Shown: positions 46,001 to 56,507, counted from the stretch's first letter. The stretch is 64,000 nt of DNA from a bacterium (GCA_021789995.1 JAJYIQ010000003.1:7767-71766); one strand, 5' to 3'. Notes: generated by a model not told the origin, from the letters alone. Translations and numbers: made by a program.

Positions 46001-46404
46001 GGGGATGATAGGAATCGACGAGGAATCGGCACTTTTAAAAAATGTCAGGGCGCACCTGTTGCGTCAAACGGAAAAAATACTTGATAAAGAATCATCTTTG
46101 TCCCAAGCTGATGTAGCTTACTTGCAAGCGGTTAAGTCTGGTTTCAGACTTAACTATGCATACGCTGCTTAAGCGCGGCTGTTTGCAGTTTTTGTCCGAT
46201 TCAATCTGCAAATAGATAAACCAATCGGAATAGGATGACCGGAAGTTTTTGGTTGATCCGGAAGTCCGATAAACCCTCAACCAACAATCTATATACGGTT
46301 TGAATATTCCCCAAAATAGATTAGAGTAAAAAATATTCTATCCCTGGCTAAATTTTTTTCGAAGTGTTTCCCCGGACGCGGGTTCAATTCCCGCCATCTC
46401 CACC
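46001..46404 (+). ncRNA. ssrA: tmRNA
   Basis: 5' GGGGATGATAGGAATCGAC; 3' GACGCGGGTTCAATTCCCGCCATCTCCACCA; tag frame ending YAYAA-stop; adjacent to smpB. Confidence 0.95.
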
Positions 46405-46641
46405 AGACAAAAGTTTTGGTCGGATAATCGGCCATCAGTTTTTCCATGTTCTGACGGTAATAATCCCAGCTGGCTTCGGTATCAATATAACAAAGCTTCA
46501 TCGTCATAACGTCGCGTTGCACCGCCTGGGCTGCTGCCTGGATGACCAGGTCATCGATTTTTTGTTTCCAGCCCGGATTGCCCCGGTTCTGAAAAACCCA
46601 GTTGGTACGGTTGTATTTTTGATTGCTGTTCTGCAAGGCGT
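46405..46641 (-). pseudogene. Internal gene fragment ending at the tmRNA CCA end
   Basis: Protein-like RGNPGWKQKIDD...MKLCYID...YPTKTFVWW with no ATG start; the frame runs on into antisense tmRNA. Confidence 0.5.
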
Positions 46642-46866
46642 TTAAACCGCTATTGATATTTTCCCCGGAAGTGTCATCGATGTTGGCGATAGTTTGTTTA
46701 ATATTGTTTCTCTTTGCGTCCGGGCCTGCATTAGATCCATAACGATGGAATAACCCAATCCTAAAAGAATGACGATTGCCGCCAATAGGATAACCACCCG
46801 AAAATGATTTGGCCGATTATGAAAGTATTTAAGCGGAGTATAATTTTGCCATGTAGAACGCTCCAT
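46642..46866 (-). CDS. Small membrane protein
   Basis: One TM, 74 aa. Confidence 0.5.
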   Translation of the reverse strand: MERSTWQNYTPLKYFHNRPNHFRVVILLAAIVILLGLGYSIVMDLMQARTQRETILNKLSPTSMTLPGKISIAV

Positions 46867-46915
46867 ATATCTATATATATATGCTTTTCGACTCCCATCG
46901 CTGTTGTCTAACCGA

Positions 46916-47080
46916 TCATTTTCTCAATCTTTTCTGATCCTCCTTGCTTAAGATTTTAAAAAGCTTCATACCGTTATAGTCAACTTTCGCTGCTTTGCGT
47001 CCGTTTTTCATCGTGGTGACGGTAACGTCGCGATCCGGCACGTCCACTTTTTTTCTTGTTTTGACATTAAAAAACTGCAT
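46916..47080 (-). CDS. Small basic protein, DUF5679/Cc1-like putative DNA-binding protein
   Basis: SD GGGGTGAG; MQFFNVKTRKKV...TMKNGRKAAK...GMKLFKIL. Confidence 0.6.
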   Translation of the reverse strand: MQFFNVKTRKKVDVPDRDVTVTTMKNGRKAAKVDYNGMKLFKILSKEDQKRLRK

Positions 47081-47206
47081 ATTGCTCACCCCACTTTCCA
47101 CCCTATGGTAGCTTCCGAATGTAAATATGAGGTAAGATCTTCTTCTCACTATTCTCTTACCGAATATATTGGAGCATTTTACGAAACTGTTTTACGATTT
47201 ACAAAT

Positions 47207-47689
47207 ATGGAAAATTCTAACCGAGAGCAACATAATAATTATGGTAAACGACCGTTGTGGCAATGGGTGGCAATTTATGTCGTTATCGCCCTTGTTATTT
47301 ATGGCGGACTCTATTATTTTTTCCTGAATAAAAACGGCACCTATAACGCTAATCTGTCAGCGTCGAATATGCCAACTAATGCACCAATACCAACAGGCGC
47401 TCCCCAAACCGGCGCGGTCCAAATGGCCGTCACCGGCACCGATTTTGCCTTCAACCCGTCAACAATTACCGTTAGCGCCGGCCAATCGGTCCAGTTAACG
47501 TTTAAAAATAAGGGGCAATACTCGCATAATCTGACAATCCCCGACCTGAACGCACAAACTAAAACCATCCAACCAGGCCAGCAGGCGATAATTACCTTTA
47601 CTCCGACGCGGGCCGGTTCGTTCGAATATCTCTGCACTGTTCCCGGCCATGCTGACCGTGGGATGATCGGAACAATCATGGTGCGTTGA
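47207..47689 (+). CDS. Membrane-anchored cupredoxin (blue copper) protein
   Basis: HNL and CTVPGHADRGM ligand pattern. Confidence 0.85.
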   Translation: MENSNREQHNNYGKRPLWQWVAIYVVIALVIYGGLYYFFLNKNGTYNANLSASNMPTNAPIPTGAPQTGAVQMAVTGTDFAFNPSTITVSAGQSVQLTFKNKGQYSHNLTIPDLNAQTKTIQPGQQAIITFTPTRAGSFEYLCTVPGHADRGMIGTIMVR

Positions 47690-47712
47690 TTTTTCCGCTA
47701 TAATACTTCTAT

Positions 47713-48219
47713 ATGATCGTCAAGAATCCCAACCAACGCGTTGCTGTTCTCGTCGATGTCCAAAATCTTTATTATTCGGCCAGAAATTTATACCGGGCCC
47801 GTGTCAGTTTCAAGAACCTTCTCAACCTGCTGGTCGCTGACCGAACGCTTGTCCGGGCGATTGCCTACGTTATTAAAGCCGGCGAAGAAAAGGAAGAAGA
47901 ATTTTTCGAGGCGTTAAATGCTGCCGGATTCGAAATCAAGGAAAAAAAGCTACAGATTTTTTACGGCGGGGCTAAAAAAGGCGACTGGGATATCGGCATT
48001 GCTATGGACGCCATCCGCCTCGGCCACAAAGTCGATTCCATCATCCTCGTCTCCGGCGACGGCGATTATATGCCGGTCGTCAATTATCTGCAGCAGGCGC
48101 TCGGGTGTCTGGTCGAAATTGCCGCTTTCCGCCGGACGGCCAATAAGGAACTGACAACGATGGCTGACGATTTCACCAATATCGAAGACCACACTTCATC
48201 TTTACTTTTCCGAAAATAA
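47713..48219 (+). CDS. NYN/LabA domain protein
   Basis: VDVQNLY, KGDWDIGIAMD, SGDGDY. Confidence 0.85.
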   Translation: MIVKNPNQRVAVLVDVQNLYYSARNLYRARVSFKNLLNLLVADRTLVRAIAYVIKAGEEKEEEFFEALNAAGFEIKEKKLQIFYGGAKKGDWDIGIAMDAIRLGHKVDSIILVSGDGDYMPVVNYLQQALGCLVEIAAFRRTANKELTTMADDFTNIEDHTSSLLFRK

Positions 48220-48334
48220 ACAATACCTAATCCTTACTCCACTCCCATTGATTTTTTATATTCCTGTGCCAAGATGATTGTGTTCCAGAGAGTTAAAGCT
48301 GCAACTTCTCGATTTTCGTAGTAAAATAGTTTTC

Positions 48335-49675
48335 ATGCAAATTATTGCCGACTTGCATATCCACTCCAAATATTCCCGGGCCGTTTCCCAGAAAATGGAT
48401 TTGTTTGAAATCGCATCCAGTGCCACCGCCAAAGGAATCCAGTTGGTGACAACCGGCGACTGGACTCACCCCCTGTGGTTTCGGCATTTGACGGAAAATC
48501 TTCAGGAAACCGATTCGGGGGTTTATATCCTAAAAAACGGCCGATATAAAAACGTTCGGTTTTTGCTGACGACGGAAATTTCCAGCATTTATTCCCAAGG
48601 GGGAAAGCTGCGCCGTATCCACAACCTGGTTTTTTCGCCATCTCTGGCAGTGACGGAAAGAATAAATAAAAAATTGGAAAGTGAAGGTGCAAAACTCCTA
48701 TCTGACGGCCGGCCGATTATCGGCCTTTCCTCACGTGATTTATTAGCCCTGCTTTTAGCGATTGACCAAAACATTATGCTGGTTCCCTGTCATGCTTGGA
48801 CGCCTTGGTTTTCCCTGTACGGTTCCAAGTCCGGCTTTGATTCTATTGAGGAATGTTTCGGCGAATATGCTAACGAAATTTACGCCGTCGAAACCGGCCT
48901 GTCAAGCGACCCGATCATGAACTGGCAGATAAAGGAACTCGATCAACGGGCAATTATTTCTTCCTCCGACGCCCATTCGGGTCCGAAACTTGGCCGGGAA
49001 GCAACCGTCTTTATTCCAACAGTGAAACAATTGAATAATGAAAAAGTGGGCTTTAACTATACCGATATTACCGGTGCCATTAAACAGAATCCTAACAGTA
49101 GGTTAAAAATTGGCTACACCATCGAGTTTTTCCCCGAGGAAGGTAAATACCACTGGACCGGTCACCGGGCCTGCAATATCCGCTACAACCCGCTCGAAGT
49201 CCGCGAAAAAGGGGTAATTTGTCCTGTTTGCCGGCGGCCGCTGACAGTCGGCGTGGAAAACCGTGTTCTTGATTTGTCGGCCCGGACGATTACCAAAGAC
49301 GGTTTGCTTTTTCTCCAAAATAAAGCCGGATTGACTTTTGTTTACGATAAGGAAAAAAAACGCAAACCATTTGTTTCTCTGATTCCCCTTTTGGAAATTT
49401 TAACGGAAATAAACGACGGCTCCCAAGTTAAAGCTATCCAGCAATACGACAATTTAACCACTCAGCATACCGAATTTGACATTCTCATGCGGGTCAATTA
49501 CGATGAAATTGCCAAAATCGCCAGCGAAAAGCTGGCCGAAGCCATAAGAATTGTCCGGGAAAGAAAAGCCTATGTCGATCCCGGTTATGATGGCGTATTC
49601 GGCAAAGTAAAAATTTTTAACCGCAATGACCAAAAAGAGGCCACCACGGCCGCCAGCCAGGAATCGCTTTTCTGA
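48335..49675 (+). CDS. PHP-domain endonuclease Q-like protein
   Basis: ADLHIHSKYSRA, TGDWTHP, HAWTP, ETGLSSD, SDAHS, GKYH..GHR.C, PGYDG.FG. Confidence 0.85.
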   Translation: MQIIADLHIHSKYSRAVSQKMDLFEIASSATAKGIQLVTTGDWTHPLWFRHLTENLQETDSGVYILKNGRYKNVRFLLTTEISSIYSQGGKLRRIHNLVFSPSLAVTERINKKLESEGAKLLSDGRPIIGLSSRDLLALLLAIDQNIMLVPCHAWTPWFSLYGSKSGFDSIEECFGEYANEIYAVETGLSSDPIMNWQIKELDQRAIISSSDAHSGPKLGREATVFIPTVKQLNNEKVGFNYTDITGAIKQNPNSRLKIGYTIEFFPEEGKYHWTGHRACNIRYNPLEVREKGVICPVCRRPLTVGVENRVLDLSARTITKDGLLFLQNKAGLTFVYDKEKKRKPFVSLIPLLEILTEINDGSQVKAIQQYDNLTTQHTEFDILMRVNYDEIAKIASEKLAEAIRIVRERKAYVDPGYDGVFGKVKIFNRNDQKEATTAASQESLF

Positions 49676-50858
49676 CAGCCTGCTATTTATATTGGTCCTT
49701 TTTCTTCCTGTCCAGCTGGGCCGCCATTTCTTTCCGCCTTATTCCTATATCAACGGCGTCCGGGTAGACTATCTGGCACCGACGGTTTATTTGACCGATA
49801 TTATTGCCTTTATTTTACTGGTGACTAATTCCAAAACTGTCTTTTCATTTTTTGCGACCAAAAAAATCGCGGTTATTTTGGGCATTTTTTTACTAACCGT
49901 ATCTTTATCTCAATCAAAATTAATTTCATTATATGAATATGTAAAAATTATCGAATGGCTGATAATTTTCGCCGTTTTCTATAAAAAAACTTTTGACAGC
50001 CGGTTAATGCTGATTGCTTTTAGCGGCGGCGCGCTGACGGAAATAATATTGGCATTGCAGCAATTTATAAACAAACAGTCGGTCCAAGGCGTCTTTTATT
50101 TTCTGGGCGAACGGTACTTCACCTTGTTGACCCCGGGCATAGCCTTGGCCACGATAAACGGCCGGGAATTCCTGCGACCGTATGGCACTTTTTCCCATCC
50201 TAACTCTTTGGCAGGATTTTATTTACTGATTTATTTTTTTATTTTGACCAGCCAGCGTTTCAAACCTTATTTTTGGTTAAAAAACATTTTGTTGTTTTTT
50301 TCTTCCCTGTTAATTGTAATTTCTTTTTCCAAAACTGCCATTATTACTTACCTTATACTTAATACGCTATACTTCATATTTAATATGAAAAAAACTTGCC
50401 GCCTTTGTCTGGTTGCCAAAGTTTCGGTTATAACAATTCTCGCTTTAATTATTTTACGCGCTCAAGGAGATACGCTAACTCTTCAAAAACGCTGGGAATT
50501 AATTACCAATGCTTTTTCCATTATCATCCGTCATCCGATTACCGGCGTCGGGCCAGGGACATACCTTTTGTCGCAAAGCCGATTTATTTCCCGGTTTAAT
50601 TTATTTTTCAACCAGCCGGTCCACAATATTTTTCTCCTTTTTTTAACGGAAAACGGCCTATTGGCCGGAGGATTAATCCTGGTTTTTTTAATTATCACCG
50701 TCAAAAATTATCGGTCTACCCTTTTGTATGTTTTTTTGGCAATTGCTTTAACGGGATTGTTTGATCATTATTGGCTGACGCTGCAACAGAATTTCTTGTT
50801 GGCAGCAGTAGTTATGGGAGCTTCTTCAATTCGTTTGCCGCTTGAACATTCAGATTAA
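49626..50858 (+). CDS. O-antigen ligase family membrane protein
   Basis: RPYGTFSHPNSLAG, GVGPG, PVHNIFL, FDHY. Confidence 0.85.
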   Translation: MTKKRPPRPPARNRFSDSLLFILVLFLPVQLGRHFFPPYSYINGVRVDYLAPTVYLTDIIAFILLVTNSKTVFSFFATKKIAVILGIFLLTVSLSQSKLISLYEYVKIIEWLIIFAVFYKKTFDSRLMLIAFSGGALTEIILALQQFINKQSVQGVFYFLGERYFTLLTPGIALATINGREFLRPYGTFSHPNSLAGFYLLIYFFILTSQRFKPYFWLKNILLFFSSLLIVISFSKTAIITYLILNTLYFIFNMKKTCRLCLVAKVSVITILALIILRAQGDTLTLQKRWELITNAFSIIIRHPITGVGPGTYLLSQSRFISRFNLFFNQPVHNIFLLFLTENGLLAGGLILVFLIITVKNYRSTLLYVFLAIALTGLFDHYWLTLQQNFLLAAVVMGASSIRLPLEHSD

Positions 50859-51363
50859 TTATCAGATTGATCGAGTCGGTTGAACCCTGGGGTAGATCTT
50901 TAAGGAGGGTGTCAAGCAGTTCCTTATGCTTGGCATTACTTAATTTTAGCGTATCGATGAAGCTGGAAGGCGCACTGACCCCTTGTTTTTTTGCATTCGT
51001 GACTAAAGGCGATATTTGCAGGAAATATTTTTCGGCTTTGGAAAACGTATCGATCGCCAAGGCATTTTTACCTTCTTTAGCCAGCAACATAGCCATGGCT
51101 GCCCGTTTGTCGGAATACAATAAATACAATTGGGCTTTTTTCAGGTTGTCACGAACGAGAAATTCGTTTATCCGGTCGCGGATGATTTTCAAAAAATATA
51201 ACGGGTGGTCGGGTAAGATACCGGGATAAGGCAGGTTGTAAATCACTTTCTCCTGATTGACAACGACCGCCAATGTTTCCCCTTCCATTACAAAATAAGC
51301 GGTCAAGGGAATAATTAATATAAAAAAGATGACAAATAGCAAGCGAGAAAGCTTTAGCAACAT
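50812..51363 (-). CDS. DUF5667-like protein
   Basis: YNLPYPGILPDHPLYFLK..RD, DKR. Confidence 0.7.
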   Translation of the reverse strand: MLLKLSRLLFVIFFILIIPLTAYFVMEGETLAVVVNQEKVIYNLPYPGILPDHPLYFLKIIRDRINEFLVRDNLKKAQLYLLYSDKRAAMAMLLAKEGKNALAIDTFSKAEKYFLQISPLVTNAKKQGVSAPSSFIDTLKLSNAKHKELLDTLLKDLPQGSTDSINLIINLNVQAANELKKLP

Positions 51364-51388
51364 ATTTTAATTATATAGAATTTAGTCT

Positions 51389-51433
51389 AAAAAAACAACC
51401 CCGTACTTAAATAAATACGGGATTGTTTTTTTT
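51389..51433. terminator. Intrinsic terminator downstream of hup
   Basis: A-tract, ACAACCCCGTA...TACGGGATTGT stem, T-tract. Confidence 0.65.
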
Positions 51434-51441
51434 AACAAAAT

Positions 51442-51714
51442 TTACTTTACCAATCTTTTAAGGCTTTTGCCCGCGGTAAAACCGGGAGTTTTCGTCGAAG
51501 GAATCTGAATTTCCGCTCCGGTTTGTGGATTGCGTCCTTTTCGGGAAGCTCTTTTTCGCACCATGAATGTCCCGAAACCGGTGACAACGACTTTTTCGCC
51601 TCTTTTCAATGCGTCAGACATCGTACCAAAGACGGCGCCGACGGCATCTTTAGCGGCTTTTGCGGTTAACCCGGCCTTTTTGGCGACTTGCGCGACTAAA
51701 TCAGCTTTTGTCAT
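51442..51714 (-). CDS. hup: DNA-binding protein HU
   Basis: MTKADLV, GFGTF, RKGRNPQTG. Confidence 0.95.
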   Translation of the reverse strand: MTKADLVAQVAKKAGLTAKAAKDAVGAVFGTMSDALKRGEKVVVTGFGTFMVRKRASRKGRNPQTGAEIQIPSTKTPGFTAGKSLKRLVK

Positions 51715-51989
51715 TTGTTTTTCACCCGCTTTCTTTGTAGACTAATTGATAATTTAAAAAATATTCGTTAACAGAATATTACTTTTATGGCTTCTTGTCA
51801 ATCCGTATTTAAACTATCTTATTGTAACAATCTATATCAGAACGGAGCCTTGCAACAATGAAGATAAAACCAGATATTAAGCGTTGGAAAATAGAAGCCG
51901 GATCTTGAAGTTGAAAACTGGATATCAGATCAAGTTTAATCCCAGGCGTGAAATTTTGGCTTTCATTCTCAATCGTTCAGCACCACATT

Positions 51990-53432
51990 TTAGATTTTAG
52001 TCGTTGCTTCTGTCCGGTATTCGCGAATGACGGTGACTTTGATCTGTCCCGGAAAAACCTCGAATTTTTTCTCCAGCTCTTCCCTGATTTTTTCCGCCAT
52101 AATCGTCGCCTCATCATCGGTCACTTCTTCCGGCTTGACCAATACCCGTAGTTCCCGGCCGGCCTGTAAAGCATATGCTTCCCGGACGCCTTTTTGTGTT
52201 TTTGCGGCATCTTCGATGGTTTTTATTCTTTTCAGATATTCCTCAAAATCTTCATGCCGCGCTCCCGGCCGGCCGCCGGAGACGGCATCGGAAATGTAAA
52301 CGATCATCGATTCAACCGTCGGAAACGGAATATCTTCGTGGTGGGCGGCAATACAATCAACAACCGCCTGTGGAAAACGGTATTTTTTAGCCAACTCCAC
52401 TCCCAAATCGACATGTGAACCTTCCTTGTCGGAAATAACTTTCCCAATATCGTGAAGCAAACAACCCAATTTGACAACATTGACATCAGCTTTCAACTCA
52501 TGGGCCAGTGCCACGCCGATTCGCGTTTCCTCAAGTGTATGGGCAATCATATTCTGGCCATAAGAATAACGATATTTAAACCGTCCTAACAGTTTCGTAA
52601 TTTCCGTCGGAAGGTTAAAAATACCGACTTTGTGGCATAAATCCTCGCCGGCCCGGTAAATTTCTTTTTCGACATCTTCCCGGACTTTTTTAACGATTTC
52701 CTCAATCCGCTCCGGCTGGATTCGACCGTCTTTTATCAACCGCTCAAGCGATATCCGGGCAATTTCGCGCCGGACCGCATCAAAGCTGGATAAACGGATA
52801 ACTCCTTCCTCTTCCAAATCAACATCGACGCCGGTCGCCAGTTCAAACGCCCGGACATTACGGCCTTCCTTGCCGATAATCCGGCCTTTGTAATCCTCAT
52901 TAGGCAAATTGACGACCGACAACGTATATTCGGCCAGATAATCGGTGGCCCCATAGCGCATTGCATCAGCCAGTATTTGTTTTGCTTTTTCATCAGCTTT
53001 AGTCTTGGTTTCTTCCTCAGCCTGTTTGACTTTCTTGGCAATTTCCGCTTTCAGCTTATCCTCCCACCCGGCCAGCAACAGCTCCCGTGCTTGATCCTTA
53101 TTTAGTTGGGCAATTTTTTCCAGCTTAAGGAGAGTGGCCTCTTTTTTTTCTTCCAGCTCTTTCCGTAGCCGGTCAATCTGCTGGCGGGACTGTTCGAAGG
53201 AATTTTTTTCCCGGGAAAAACCGATATCCCGGTCTTCCAATTGCTGTTCCTTGCGGGCAAGCCGTTTTTCCAACTCGATCGCTTCGGTCATCGCCGACCG
53301 GGCTTCTTTTTCCGCTTCTTCGCGGATCCGCAACGCTTCTTCATTGGCTTTAAGAATAATTTCTTTTGCCTGCTGTCTTACTTCATCCTGTTTCTTGGAA
53401 GAGACAAACTTCCGGAAAAATTTTTGTAACAT
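51990..53432 (-). CDS. rny: Ribonuclease Y
   Basis: Coiled coil, KGRIIGKEGRN (KH), LLHDIGK (HD), RPGAR. Confidence 0.95.
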   Translation of the reverse strand: MLQKFFRKFVSSKKQDEVRQQAKEIILKANEEALRIREEAEKEARSAMTEAIELEKRLARKEQQLEDRDIGFSREKNSFEQSRQQIDRLRKELEEKKEATLLKLEKIAQLNKDQARELLLAGWEDKLKAEIAKKVKQAEEETKTKADEKAKQILADAMRYGATDYLAEYTLSVVNLPNEDYKGRIIGKEGRNVRAFELATGVDVDLEEEGVIRLSSFDAVRREIARISLERLIKDGRIQPERIEEIVKKVREDVEKEIYRAGEDLCHKVGIFNLPTEITKLLGRFKYRYSYGQNMIAHTLEETRIGVALAHELKADVNVVKLGCLLHDIGKVISDKEGSHVDLGVELAKKYRFPQAVVDCIAAHHEDIPFPTVESMIVYISDAVSGGRPGARHEDFEEYLKRIKTIEDAAKTQKGVREAYALQAGRELRVLVKPEEVTDDEATIMAEKIREELEKKFEVFPGQIKVTVIREYRTEATTKI

Positions 53433-53582
53433 AACAATAATATTGTGGCTTGAAAAGGAAGCTTAGTGCAATAGAAACGATTCGAACGATGAATAAGTCA
53501 TACTAAATGATTTTAACTTCTGTTATCCTTTCAAGCAATTGTTAACTCTCCTATTTTACCGCATTGGTAAAAAATCTGCAAA

Positions 53583-54056
53583 TTATTTCTCTTCCATCAA
53601 TCGGATGGTTTTTTTGATGATTTCAAAACCGAATCCCCGCCGCATAAGGTAAGCGGCGGCTTTTTGGAACCGGTCGCGGGGAAGAAGATTTTTAAAGCGG
53701 GACCAATGACGCTCGAGCGCTTTTAATGCCAACCCTTCTTCATTTTGCGGATGACCGGCAAAATATTCGTCAATTATTTCTTTGGAAATACCATGTTGCC
53801 GCAATTCTCTTCTTAAGACAAATTCGCTTTTTGGTTTTACCAGATTTCTTTGTTCGACAAACATACGGATGAATTCCCGGTCATTAAGCATCTCTAATTC
53901 CAGCAATTCTTTAATCGTTTTTTCGACGTCGTCGCGCGACCAGTGCCGTTTCTCAATTTTCTTGTAAAGATAATCCCGCATCTCTTTTACAGTACGAGGA
54001 CGGAATTTGAGATAGAAGTAAGCGTAGTTAAGAAGACCTTGTAAATCGTCTGTCAT
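53583..54056 (-). CDS. recX: RecX
   Basis: RPRT..E, LND..F, EL.QHGI, YLMRRGF; downstream of recA. Confidence 0.85.
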   Translation of the reverse strand: MTDDLQGLLNYAYFYLKFRPRTVKEMRDYLYKKIEKRHWSRDDVEKTIKELLELEMLNDREFIRMFVEQRNLVKPKSEFVLRRELRQHGISKEIIDEYFAGHPQNEEGLALKALERHWSRFKNLLPRDRFQKAAAYLMRRGFGFEIIKKTIRLMEEK

Positions 54057-55057
54057 TTTTTGGCGGCTACTTTATCCATGACCTCCTTAGCGATATGGTG
54101 TTTCAGTTTTTCGTCCTTCTCCAGCATCTCCTTGACGGTATCTTTTCCCTGCCCAAGCATCTTGTCGCCCATTTTCAGGAAAGAACCGCTTTTGGTGATT
54201 ATGCCGGCGCCAATAGCCGCTTCGATGAGACTTTCTGCCTGATCAATACCGGTAGCGGTGATAACGATTTCCGCATCCTTGAAGGGTGGCGCTACTTTGT
54301 TTTTGACGATCCGGATCCGGGCGCGGGTGCCATAAACCTGATTGTCTTTTTTGAGCGTTTCGATCTTGCGGACATCCATCCTGACCGAGGCGTAAAATTT
54401 GAGCGCCAAACCGCCGGGTGTCGTTTCCGGATTACCGAACATAATGCCGATTTTTAACCGTAGCTGGTTGGTGAAAACAATCGTTGTTTTCGATTTTGAC
54501 AACACACCGGTTAATTTCCGCAGCGCCTGCGACATAAGCCGCGCCTGGACGCCCATTGACGAATCACCCATTTCTCCTTCGATTTCGCTGCGGGGAACCA
54601 AAGCGGCCACCGAATCGACAACGACCAGATCGACGCCGCCGGAGCGTATCAGCGCTTCGGTAATCTCCAACGCCTGTTCGCCGGTATCCGGTTGGGACAC
54701 CAGAAGATTATCGATATCAACCCCCATTATTTTCGCCCATGACGGATCAAAGGCATGTTCGGCGTCGATAAAAGCAGCAACGCCGCCGGCTTTTTGCGTT
54801 TCCGCAATAACCGACAAACACAGGGTGGTTTTTCCCGAAGATTCCGGCCCGAAAATTTCAATTACCCGGCCTTTGGGAATGCCACCGATGCCAAGAGCGA
54901 TATCCAAAGGAAGAATGCCGGTTTTAATGACTTCCATCGCTACATGGGGAGTTTCTCCCAAACGCATAATCGATCCCCGGCCAAACTGTTTCTGAATCTG
55001 CTCAATCGCGAGAGTAACCGCTTGTTTTTTCAGGTCTTTTTCGTCGTTAGTTTTCAT
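54053..55057 (-). CDS. recA: Recombinase A
   Basis: [33 protein letters not shown]. Confidence 0.98.
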   Translation of the reverse strand: MKTNDEKDLKKQAVTLAIEQIQKQFGRGSIMRLGETPHVAMEVIKTGILPLDIALGIGGIPKGRVIEIFGPESSGKTTLCLSVIAETQKAGGVAAFIDAEHAFDPSWAKIMGVDIDNLLVSQPDTGEQALEITEALIRSGGVDLVVVDSVAALVPRSEIEGEMGDSSMGVQARLMSQALRKLTGVLSKSKTTIVFTNQLRLKIGIMFGNPETTPGGLALKFYASVRMDVRKIETLKKDNQVYGTRARIRIVKNKVAPPFKDAEIVITATGIDQAESLIEAAIGAGIITKSGSFLKMGDKMLGQGKDTVKEMLEKDEKLKHHIAKEVMDKVAAKK

Positions 55058-55123
55058 AAAACACTTAATAATTTGTAAAAAAGTAAGTATTGTATTTTAT
55101 CACAAATCAAGGCTGATTTCACT

Positions 55124-56047
55124 TTAAAAAACATAAATTAACGAAACAATAAACAATCCCCACAAAAGCACGGTAATAATCAGCGGGACATCGGACGTGA
55201 TCAGTTTTTCCGGCTGCTCCCCTTCGGCTTTTTCATAAAGAAGCTGGGCATAACGGGCAATACCATAGACGACAAACGGAATAGTAATCATCATCCATTT
55301 GCGCGCTTCGAAAGTCGGAAACAGATCGGTCGTAAAAAAAGTAGATACAAGATTGCTGCTTTGGGTCGGCTTTTCCGCATAAGTATATGTCGCATAGGCA
55401 ATAATAGTCGCCGTCGCAAACGTGTTGGTCAAAAAATCCAGAAGATGTTCTTTATACCGGTAAAGCGATTCCCGCGTTTCCTGGCCGTGGACGACGAGTT
55501 CGGCGTGTCTTTTGACCGCCGCCATAAATAAAGAAAGAAAAAAGATGGTAAAAAGCAACCAGATCGGGATGTGGAAACCGGAAACGACTTCGCCGGCCAG
55601 GGCCCGAATCATAAAGGAAAAAGAAATGGCAAAAATATCGATCACTGGAAATTTTTTCAAGTAAAGGGAATAGAAAAAATGAAGCAGAATAAAAAGCAAA
55701 CTCATGAAAAAAAATGGCACGGAAAAAAATAACGACAGGATGAGCGAAAGCAAGGAGAGGATAAAAACGATGAATGTCGCTTCGGGAATACTGATGGCGC
55801 CGGAGGCGATCGGCCGGTGCTTTTTGACAGGGTGTTTCCGGTCATAAGGAAAATCGATAATGTCGTTTAAGACGTAAGAGCTTGACGATAACAAACAAAA
55901 GACAAAAAAAGCATACAATGTCGGCAAAAAAACATTCGGATCAAACAATTCACCCGAAAAAATAATCGCCGTAAAAACGATGAAATTTTTGATCCATTGA
56001 TTGACGCGCAGTGCCCTGAGAAGATTTCTCACCCGATCATTTTTCAT
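55124..56047 (-). CDS. UbiA family prenyltransferase (decaprenyl-phosphate phosphoribosyltransferase-like)
   Basis: QWIKN, YVLNDIID...DRKHP.K..RPIASG. Confidence 0.85.
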   Translation of the reverse strand: MKNDRVRNLLRALRVNQWIKNFIVFTAIIFSGELFDPNVFLPTLYAFFVFCLLSSSSYVLNDIIDFPYDRKHPVKKHRPIASGAISIPEATFIVFILSLLSLILSLFFSVPFFFMSLLFILLHFFYSLYLKKFPVIDIFAISFSFMIRALAGEVVSGFHIPIWLLFTIFFLSLFMAAVKRHAELVVHGQETRESLYRYKEHLLDFLTNTFATATIIAYATYTYAEKPTQSSNLVSTFFTTDLFPTFEARKWMMITIPFVVYGIARYAQLLYEKAEGEQPEKLITSDVPLIITVLLWGLFIVSLIYVF

Positions 56048-56078
56048 TTATGGTAAATTATAATATAATCATTAAGCT

Positions 56079-56507
56079 ATGACAAACTTTTCCACTGTCC
56101 CCTTTCAAAAAAGAGTTGAAAAACCGTGGGGATATGAAATTCACTGGACACCGGACAATCTTCCATATATGGGAAAAGTCTTGCACATTGACGCCGGCAA
56201 ACGATTATCTTTGCAACGACATGATAAAAAACAGGAAACATGGTATATCTTAAACGGCCGGGCAAAAGTAATTTGGGACAATCAAATTGGCGAATTGACT
56301 GAAACTGAACTGGAACCGGGCAAAGGTTACACCTGCATGATCGGGCAGCGGCATCGGCTGATGGGCATTACTGATTGCGATATCGCTGAAGTCTCCACTC
56401 CGGAAATCGGGACGACCGAACGATTGGAAGACGATTATCATCGCCCGGACGAAACACAAACGGTCAGAAATTCTCCCAACCGCGGCTGGGATAAAAGACA
56501 ACCATGA
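56079..56507 (+). CDS. Cupin (mannose-6-phosphate isomerase-like)
   Basis: EKPWG, LSLQRH, ETW, EVSTPE, RLEDDY.R. Confidence 0.8.
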   Translation: MTNFSTVPFQKRVEKPWGYEIHWTPDNLPYMGKVLHIDAGKRLSLQRHDKKQETWYILNGRAKVIWDNQIGELTETELEPGKGYTCMIGQRHRLMGITDCDIAEVSTPEIGTTERLEDDYHRPDETQTVRNSPNRGWDKRQP

